This document shows positions 8,443-14,721 of a stretch of DNA of 18,592 nucleotides, piece after piece (position 1 is the first letter of the stretch; each line of letters opens with the position of its first letter). Origin of the DNA: Chthoniobacteraceae bacterium (GTDB lineage Bacteria; Verrucomicrobiota; Verrucomicrobiia; Chthoniobacterales; Chthoniobacteraceae); the NCBI GenBank assembly GCA_040081625.1, contig JBEBGD010000110.1, forward strand, positions 1 to 18,592. Direction: 5' to 3'. The notes under the pieces were generated by a model. The model made no database searches. It was given only the letters and a program-made list of their open reading frames with translations, and was not told the DNA's origin. The position numbers were made by a program, and so were the translations under genes.

Positions 8443-9165
8443 ATGCGTTTTGCCATTTTCGGAGACATCCACGCCAATCTCGAGGCGCTTCAAGCCGTCA
8501 TGGCCGACGCGGAAGCGCACGGCGTCACGCACTATGTCTGTCTGGGAGACGTCGTCGGCTACAACGCGAATCCGCACGAGTGCCTGGACATCGTGCGCGG
8601 GCTCGAGTGTCCCGTGGTTAAGGGCAATCACGACGAGCAGGCCTCGATGACCGAGGACCTCACCGGCTTCAATCCACTCGCCGAGGAGGCGATCAACTGG
8701 ACGCGCCGCCAGCTCAACGACGAGGACAAACAGTGGCTGCGCGACCTCAAGATGGTGCGTCAGGTGCGCGACTTCACGATCGTCCACGCGACGCTCGATA
8801 CGCCGCACAAGTGGGGCTACGTCTTCAACCAGCTCGATGCCGCGGCGAGCTTCAACTACCAGCACACCGGGCTCTGCTTCTACGGACACACGCACGCGCC
8901 GCGCGCCTACATCCGCGATGGCAGCGTGAAGAGCCAGGTGCTCGACAAGCTCACCATCGAGCAGGGCAAAAAGTATTTCATCAACGTCGGCAGCGTCGGC
9001 CAGCCGCGCGATGGGGACTGGCACGCGGCGTATTGCCTCTACTACCCGGACAAGAACCTCGTCGAGCTGCGCCGGATCGAATACGACATCTGGACCGCGC
9101 AGGACAAGATCGTCGCCGCTGGCCTGCCGCAGCGGCTCGCGGATCGGCTGGCGCTCGGGAAGTAG
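8443..9165 (+). CDS. Calcineurin-like metallophosphoesterase (YfcE/MJ0912-like), 240 aa
   Basis: All five motifs present: GDIHAN, GDVVGYN, GNHD, VHA, GHTH, plus INVGSVGQPRDGD. Confidence 0.93.
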   Translation: MRFAIFGDIHANLEALQAVMADAEAHGVTHYVCLGDVVGYNANPHECLDIVRGLECPVVKGNHDEQASMTEDLTGFNPLAEEAINWTRRQLNDEDKQWLRDLKMVRQVRDFTIVHATLDTPHKWGYVFNQLDAAASFNYQHTGLCFYGHTHAPRAYIRDGSVKSQVLDKLTIEQGKKYFINVGSVGQPRDGDWHAAYCLYYPDKNLVELRRIEYDIWTAQDKIVAAGLPQRLADRLALGK

Positions 9166-9179
9166 CGCGGTTCGCTACT
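9161..9179. terminator. Hairpin at the junction of convergent genes (possible bidirectional pause/termination or stability element)
   Basis: AGTAGCG-cggtt-CGCTACT is a perfect 7-bp stem whose arms contain the TAG stop of each convergent gene. No U-tract. Confidence 0.3.
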
Positions 9180-10581
9180 GCTTCTTCAGCTCCTCCTTCA
9201 CCGCGGCGGCGCCCTTCTTTTTCCGCTCCTCATACTTCGAGTCGCGCGGCTCGATCACGCCGTCGGCGATGAGCTTCTCGACCGGGATGGCGCCCATGTC
9301 GTTCATCTTCACGACCCACGCCTCGCACGCGGCGCGCAGCTCCGCGAGCTTGGCGGCATACTTCGGATCGCCGGCGAGGTTCTTCACTTCGTATGGATCG
9401 ACCTCGGTCTCGTAGAGTTCCTCCTTCGGCTTGGTCGGCGCGAAGAAGAGCTTCTGCACATCGTTCAGTTTCCCCTCGGCGTTCCACTGCCGCCACACCT
9501 GCATCGTCCTGCCGATCTCCATGTAGCCGATGATCTGCGCATACGGCAGCTCCGGCGCGTAGTTGCGGATGTAGCGGAAGCGCGCGTCGCGCACGCTGCG
9601 GATGCGGTCATAAGTCTCGTCCATGTAATCGCGCGCAGCCGGCACATATTTGCGCGGCGCCGCCTTGCGCGGGCCGACGATCACCTGCCCATCGAAACTC
9701 TCCGGCACCTTCGTCCCGCTGAGATCGACCGCCGTCGCCGAGAGATCGAGAAACGTCACGAGTTCATCGCTCACCGTGCCCGGCTTGAGCTGACCCGGCC
9801 ACCGCACGAGCAGCGGCACATGCACGCCGGTCTCGTAGCACCAGCGCTTGTAGCGCGCCATGCCGCGTCCGTGATCGCCGGTGATGAACACGATCGTGTT
9901 CTCCGCGAGCCCCTGTTTATCGAGCCATGCGAGCACGTCGCCCATTTCGTAATCCACGGCCGTGACGAGATCGTAGTAGCGCGCGATCTCCTCGCGCACC
10001 TCGGGTGCGTCGGGATAAAACGGCGGCACCACGACCTTCGCCGGATCATGTCGCTGCGCGGGCGTGAGCCGCTTCGTGTTCGCGGCGTATTTCGCGCCGT
10101 CGTTGCGCACCTGCGACTCGTGGCTCTGCGTGAAGTTCGCGTAGGCGAAGAACGGCTGCTTGAGCGGCTTGTCCTCCTTCCACCAGTTCTCCTTCGAGTC
10201 GCAGAAGTCGTCGGGCACCTTGAAGTTGAAGTCCGTCTTCCCCGGCCACGCGACGTGATAGCCCGCGTCACGCAGGATCTTCGTGAACGTCACCGGCGGA
10301 TTCTTCAGCACCGAGCGCATGTGCATCGAGCCCATCTTGATCGGATACTGCCCCGTGATCCATCCGCTGCGCGTCGGCGCGCACACCGCGGTGTGCGTGT
10401 AGCAATGAGTGTAGCGCACGCCCTGCGACGCAAACTTGTCCATGACCGGCGTGATCGCCTGCGCGTCGCCATAGCACCCCTGCTCGGGGCCCATGTCTTC
10501 GCCGACGATCCACACAATGTTTGGCCGGTCCGCGGCGAAGGCGCACGCGGCGAGTGAGAGGAGAGTGAGGAAGAATTTCAT
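9175..10581 (-). CDS. Exported formylglycine-dependent (S1 family) sulfatase, 468 aa
   Basis: Signal peptide MKFFLTLLSLAACAFA-AD, PNIVWIVGEDMG, CxPxR signature CAPTRSGWITG, GKTD, GDHG, ELYETEVDPYEVKNLA. Start placed at ATG 10581 rather than GTG 10590. Confidence 0.93.
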   Translation of the reverse strand: MKFFLTLLSLAACAFAADRPNIVWIVGEDMGPEQGCYGDAQAITPVMDKFASQGVRYTHCYTHTAVCAPTRSGWITGQYPIKMGSMHMRSVLKNPPVTFTKILRDAGYHVAWPGKTDFNFKVPDDFCDSKENWWKEDKPLKQPFFAYANFTQSHESQVRNDGAKYAANTKRLTPAQRHDPAKVVVPPFYPDAPEVREEIARYYDLVTAVDYEMGDVLAWLDKQGLAENTIVFITGDHGRGMARYKRWCYETGVHVPLLVRWPGQLKPGTVSDELVTFLDLSATAVDLSGTKVPESFDGQVIVGPRKAAPRKYVPAARDYMDETYDRIRSVRDARFRYIRNYAPELPYAQIIGYMEIGRTMQVWRQWNAEGKLNDVQKLFFAPTKPKEELYETEVDPYEVKNLAGDPKYAAKLAELRAACEAWVVKMNDMGAIPVEKLIADGVIEPRDSKYEERKKKGAAAVKEELKKQ

Positions 10582-10588
10582 CGCCGCC

Positions 10589-10618
10589 ACGTTATGCAGC
10601 CGCTGCCGGAGGCGTCAC
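10589..10618 (-). promoter_or_regulatory. Putative promoter for a leaderless sulfatase transcript
   Basis: Minus strand reads GTGACG-18 nt-TAACGT-ggcggcg-ATG. The -10-like box is 7 nt before ATG 10581. Confidence 0.45.
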
Positions 10619-11478
10619 CGCTTTCCCGCCATCCAAGCGCGTAGGCGATCGCGCAACCAACCCAGCTCACGGAAGAGCGTGTCGAGGTCCGCGTGGAAAT
10701 GCTCGAAGCACCACGGCCCGCGGAAGCCGGCGTCCCAGCCGATCTGGAAGCACCGCTTGAGATCGTAGGCCTTGTGTCCGCCGTCGGCGTCGATCGCGAG
10801 CGCCTTGAAATCGCACGTCGCCGCAAATGGAAACGCCTTCGCGAGTCCGTCGTAGCGCACCGCGTCGGCCCAGTTGCCGGTGTCTGGCTGCGCGCGCAGC
10901 GCGGGGCCGGCTTCACGGATCACCGCCGGGATCGCGTCCGCATCGTCCTTCATCCAGCCGTTGTTCTCGATCAGCAGCGCGATGCCCTTCGGCGCCGCAA
11001 AGTCCATCAGTTCGCGCAACCCGCTCGCGAGCAGCTTCAAGTCCTGCCGCTTCCCCGGCGTCGCGGGCCGCACCCAGCGCACGCCGAGCCGCGCAGCCGA
11101 TTCGATCGTCTGCTTGTATTCATCGAGCGATCGCCGCCGGAGCGCCACGTCGGGGCTCGCGAGATCGAGGCCCGCTTGATTCATCTTGAGGTTCGTCAGC
11201 ACGCAGCCCGCGCTGTCCGCCGCCGTGCGCAGCTTGTCGAGATACGCCGGTTCCATCGAGGCGAGCGTCGCTGTCATCAGGTCGATCACGCGCATGTCCA
11301 GTTCGTCGCGCATCCGCCGCGGCAGATCGAGCAGACGCAGCTTCCCGGGCTGCGGCTCGATCGTGAGATGCTTCATGAATGAGCCAGTCGTCACGCCGAG
11401 TTCGCCCGCGAGGGAGGGTGGTGCCGCGCGCAACGCAGCACCGACCGTCGCCACGGAGATGAACGTTCTGCGTTTCAC
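10615..11478 (-). CDS. Tat-exported sugar phosphate isomerase/epimerase family protein (xylose-isomerase-like TIM barrel), 287 aa
   Basis: Twin-arginine leader MKRRTFISVATVGAALRA. Motifs IESAARLG, LLIENNG, PDTGNW, CDFK, GFRGPWCFEH. GTGA overlap with the upstream oxidoreductase. Confidence 0.85.
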   Translation of the reverse strand: MKRRTFISVATVGAALRAAPPSLAGELGVTTGSFMKHLTIEPQPGKLRLLDLPRRMRDELDMRVIDLMTATLASMEPAYLDKLRTAADSAGCVLTNLKMNQAGLDLASPDVALRRRSLDEYKQTIESAARLGVRWVRPATPGKRQDLKLLASGLRELMDFAAPKGIALLIENNGWMKDDADAIPAVIREAGPALRAQPDTGNWADAVRYDGLAKAFPFAATCDFKALAIDADGGHKAYDLKRCFQIGWDAGFRGPWCFEHFHADLDTLFRELGWLRDRLRAWMAGKR

Positions 11479-12791
11479 GCGCCCTTCGGCACCGCCCAGT
11501 GCCCGCCTTTGCGATACTCGCGGCCCACGAGTTTGTTCGCCTCATCGTCGCCGATGAATTTCTCCGCCTTCCCGTCGAAGTTGAGCGTTCGCCCGACGCG
11601 CGTCGCGATGTTCCCGAGGTGGCAGAGGCACGCCGAGTAGTGGTGGATCTCGATGTCCGCATTCGGCCGCGCGCCGGTGCGGATGCAGTCGAAGAAATTC
11701 TGGTGATGCGCGTCGAGATCGATCTTCCCCTGCATCGCCTCGCCCGGCTCGTTGCGTTTGCCGAACATCTGCCAGCCTTTGCCTTTGCCGAGCACGAGGC
11801 AGCCGTTCGTGCCGTAATAAGCGTCGCCGTTCTCGTGGCCTTCCTGCACGTAAGGCGACCAGAGGCGTTGCTCGTAGATGAGCTGCTTCTTCTTCCCGCC
11901 GCCGAGGTCGTATTCGAAAAGCACGTTCTGCGTGTCCGGGAACTCCTGGTCGTCATCGAAGAAATACTTCCCGCCGAGCGCAGCGATGCGGCTCGGGTGC
12001 CGCAGGCCGACGCCGAGGCCCCACACGCCGAGGTCGATGTCATGCACGCCGTCGTTGCCCATGTCGCCCGCGCCGAACGCATGGAACCAGCGCCACGAAG
12101 CGTGCAGCAGATTGGAGCGATACGGCTCGACCGGCGCGGGCCCGAGCCAGAGGTCGAAGTCGAGCGTCGCCGGCGGCTGCGCGGGCTGCTGTTTGCCGAT
12201 GTCGCGGCGAAGCTGGCTGTTCCAGACTTTCGTCGTGAGCACGTCGCCGATCGCGCCCGCCGCCAGTTTTTCGATCGCACTCTTCACATGCACGGCGCTG
12301 CGCGACTGCGTGCCGACCTGCACCACGCGCTTGTTGCGCCGCGCGGCTTCGATCATCAGGCGGCCTTCGCGGATGTTGTGCGACGCAGGCTTCTCCACAT
12401 AGACGTGCTTGCCGGCATCGATCGCGAGCAGCGCCGCAGGCGCGTGCCAGTGGTCCGGCGTGGCGATGAAGACGGCGTCGATCGACTTGTCGTCGAGCAC
12501 ACGGCGCAAATCCGTCTCCCCGCGCGGCGTCGGCTTGCCGGCGAGTTCGACGTTCTTCACGGCGATGCCGAGCCGATTCGAGTCCACGTCGCACACGGCG
12601 GCGATGTTCACTTCCGACAATCGCGCCAGCCCGCGCAGATGGCTCGAGCCCATCCCGCCGGGGCCGATGATGCCGACGGTGAACTTTTCATTCGGGCTCT
12701 GCGCGCGCAGGCCGGAGGCGATGTGAAAGGTGGCGGCGCCGACAGCAAGCGCGCCGGATTTGACGAAGGAACGACGGGTGATCGGGGGCAT
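11475..12791 (-). CDS. Tat-exported Gfo/Idh/MocA family NAD(P)-dependent oxidoreductase, 438 aa
   Basis: Leader MPPITRRSFVKSGALA, Rossmann motif IIGPGGMG, IATPDHWH, HVYVEKP, QVGTQSRS, GDMGNDGVHDID. Confidence 0.93.
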   Translation of the reverse strand: MPPITRRSFVKSGALAVGAATFHIASGLRAQSPNEKFTVGIIGPGGMGSSHLRGLARLSEVNIAAVCDVDSNRLGIAVKNVELAGKPTPRGETDLRRVLDDKSIDAVFIATPDHWHAPAALLAIDAGKHVYVEKPASHNIREGRLMIEAARRNKRVVQVGTQSRSAVHVKSAIEKLAAGAIGDVLTTKVWNSQLRRDIGKQQPAQPPATLDFDLWLGPAPVEPYRSNLLHASWRWFHAFGAGDMGNDGVHDIDLGVWGLGVGLRHPSRIAALGGKYFFDDDQEFPDTQNVLFEYDLGGGKKKQLIYEQRLWSPYVQEGHENGDAYYGTNGCLVLGKGKGWQMFGKRNEPGEAMQGKIDLDAHHQNFFDCIRTGARPNADIEIHHYSACLCHLGNIATRVGRTLNFDGKAEKFIGDDEANKLVGREYRKGGHWAVPKGA

Positions 12792-12796
12792 TGGGG

Positions 12797-12802
12797 AGTG
12801 TA
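12797..12802 (-). promoter_or_regulatory. Putative -10 box for a leaderless Gfo/isomerase transcript
   Basis: Minus strand reads TACACT-cccca-ATG(12791) in an otherwise very GC-rich 36-nt intergenic gap. No SD sequence. Confidence 0.45.
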
Positions 12803-12827
12803 GGGCGCGCCGCGCGGCGACTGGCAG

Positions 12828-14357
12828 CTATTTGAATTGGTAGGCGAACACGTCCGCGTCCTTCAGTTCGAAACGCAGCCGCACCGGCTTCCCTGCCAGC
12901 GCGCTCACGTCGGATCCGGCCTTCCACGCGACGATGCGCTCGATCGCGTCGCCGAAGGTCTCCTCGCAATCGTCGAGCGCGAAGCCGGGCAGCGGCTTGC
13001 CGGCCGCGTCCTGGATCTCCACGCGCACGCTGCCGGCGGCGGAGGTGGAGAAGTTCAGCGTCAGCTTGCTGCCGGTAAACGTGATCGGCTTGGTCACGAG
13101 TTCGCCCCCGCGCATCGGCGCGCTCGCCGAGACGAAGCCATCGAGCCGCAGCGTGTAGCGGCGCACGGCGCTGCTCGTGCCGGTCCAGTAGTCCTCGCCG
13201 GAGTAGGACGAGAGCTCGTTCGGCGCGCCCGCGAGCGCGGACTTCGTCTCGACCGCGTGCCACGCGATGTATTGCTGCCCGTAATTCCACGTCCCTTCGC
13301 GCTCGATGCCGGGCCGCATGAAGGCTTCGTTCCAGCGCTTGAAGCGCACGCCATCGCGGCTGGCCATGAGCAGGCCCTCGGTGATCGCCGTGCCGTAGCG
13401 CGGGCTCGCCTTTGCGCGCAGCTCGCGGTGCTCGCGCTCTGGCAGTGCGCGCATCGACTCCGACCAGCCGCGCTCGACGTAGCGCGTCGGGAAGCCGATC
13501 AGCACATGCGGCGCGCGGTGATAGGGCTTGATCTGGTTCGTATAGAGCTGCTCGCTCGGCGAGTCCGTGTAGGTGAGGTCGGCCTGATTCTCCCAGCGCA
13601 GGAAGTCCTTCGAGGTTGCCGTGCGAATCGCGCGATGCCCCTCGGGCTTCCAGTTCTTCTCATCCGTCACGCCGCCGGTGAAGATGCGCCAGTAGGCGCG
13701 ATACTCCCCGCGCGCCGCATCCCAAAACGCGAGGTTTTGCGAATCGAACGCGCCCGCCGTGATCACCGGCGCCGTCTGCATCGGCGACCAGCGCAGCCCG
13801 TCCGCCGACTTGAAGGCGAGCAATCCCTTCGGGCTGTTCGAGCGGAGGATCGCCTTGTAGCGCGCGTCCGGCGGCGCGGCGGGATTGTCGTCCTTGAAAA
13901 TCGCCGGATGCCCCGCGTCCGCGTTCACCTCGCCGATCATTCCGCTCGCGATCACGATGTTGTTCGCCTTCGAGCCGTTGAACTCATTGATCCCCAGCTC
14001 CGGCTTGCGCCAGCGGATGCCGTCGTCGCTCTCCGCATAGCAGCAGAGGAGCGGATGCGCGTTCGTCTTCACACCCGCCGCCGTCACGTCGAGCTGCCAC
14101 GCCTTGTAATACATCCGGTAGCGATCGCCGTCCTTGAACACGCTGTGGTAGCCGCTCCCGCTGCCTTCCCACGGCGCGTCATGCACGAGCGCAATCTCGC
14201 GCGGCTCCGGGTGATGCAGCCGCAGCGTCGCGCCGCCGCTCACGCGTTCGATCAAGGCATCGTCCACGAAAAGCTCGCGTCGCGAGCCGATAGACGTGGG
14301 CGTTTCCGCGGCGGATGCGACGACGACGAGGGCGGCGAGAGCGATGGGGAACTTCAT
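12828..14357 (-). CDS. Exported uncharacterised protein, probable glycoside-hydrolase-like five-bladed beta-propeller plus C-terminal beta-sandwich, 509 aa
   Basis: Signal peptide MKFPIALAALVVVASA-AE. IGSRRELFVDD, PWEG, YRMYY, four Asp-box-like motifs (AESDDGIRW, KSADGLRW, TSKDFLRW, SRDGVRF), FDSQN, LRLDGFVS, LAGKPVRLRFELKDADVFAYQF. The fold is inferred. Confidence 0.7.
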   Translation of the reverse strand: MKFPIALAALVVVASAAETPTSIGSRRELFVDDALIERVSGGATLRLHHPEPREIALVHDAPWEGSGSGYHSVFKDGDRYRMYYKAWQLDVTAAGVKTNAHPLLCCYAESDDGIRWRKPELGINEFNGSKANNIVIASGMIGEVNADAGHPAIFKDDNPAAPPDARYKAILRSNSPKGLLAFKSADGLRWSPMQTAPVITAGAFDSQNLAFWDAARGEYRAYWRIFTGGVTDEKNWKPEGHRAIRTATSKDFLRWENQADLTYTDSPSEQLYTNQIKPYHRAPHVLIGFPTRYVERGWSESMRALPEREHRELRAKASPRYGTAITEGLLMASRDGVRFKRWNEAFMRPGIEREGTWNYGQQYIAWHAVETKSALAGAPNELSSYSGEDYWTGTSSAVRRYTLRLDGFVSASAPMRGGELVTKPITFTGSKLTLNFSTSAAGSVRVEIQDAAGKPLPGFALDDCEETFGDAIERIVAWKAGSDVSALAGKPVRLRFELKDADVFAYQFK

Positions 14358-14364
14358 GCTTCAA

Positions 14365-14646
14365 TCACCGCGAAGTCGCGTCGTCCTTGAGAGAAATTAG
14401 CAGCTTCATCATCTCCTCCGCCGCGCCGGCGGCGATCTGCGCGAGCAGGGCGCGGTCGATTTCGTCGCCGGGTTCGTAGGCGATCGCGGGGATTCCGAGC
14501 GCGCAGTGCGCCCAAAAGACCGACGGGTTCGGCGTCGGCGTGGGGCTGCCGGAACGGTTCGCTTTGTAGTCGGGAACGCGGCGCTGGATCGCCTCGATCC
14601 ATCGGCCGGTTAAGCCGGCGGTGGCGAGCAGGGGGAGAGGTCGCAT
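14365..14646 (-). pseudogene. 93-codon remnant resembling the C-terminus of an M14 zinc carboxypeptidase
   Basis: MRPLPLLATAG-LTGRWIEAIQRRVPDYKANR...FWAHCALGIPAIAYEPGDEIDRALLAQIAAGAAEEMMKLLI. The 'G-I-P-A-x-x-Y-E-x-G-D-E...AAEEMMKLL' tail resembles bacterial M14 C-termini. There is no HxxE zinc motif and no room for it, because a divergent gene starts 75 nt upstream. Confidence 0.55.
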
Positions 14647-14721
14647 GATGCGCGAGAGCAAACATTTCTGCGCGGCGGGCACGCAAATCGGTATGTGACC
14701 GACCGAAAACCCACCTGCCCT

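Noticed and set aside
10596..10606. GCAGC-C-GCTGC palindrome upstream of the sulfatase as an operator
   Set aside because: Only 5-bp GC-rich arms, which is expected by chance at this composition, and no regulator gene is nearby.
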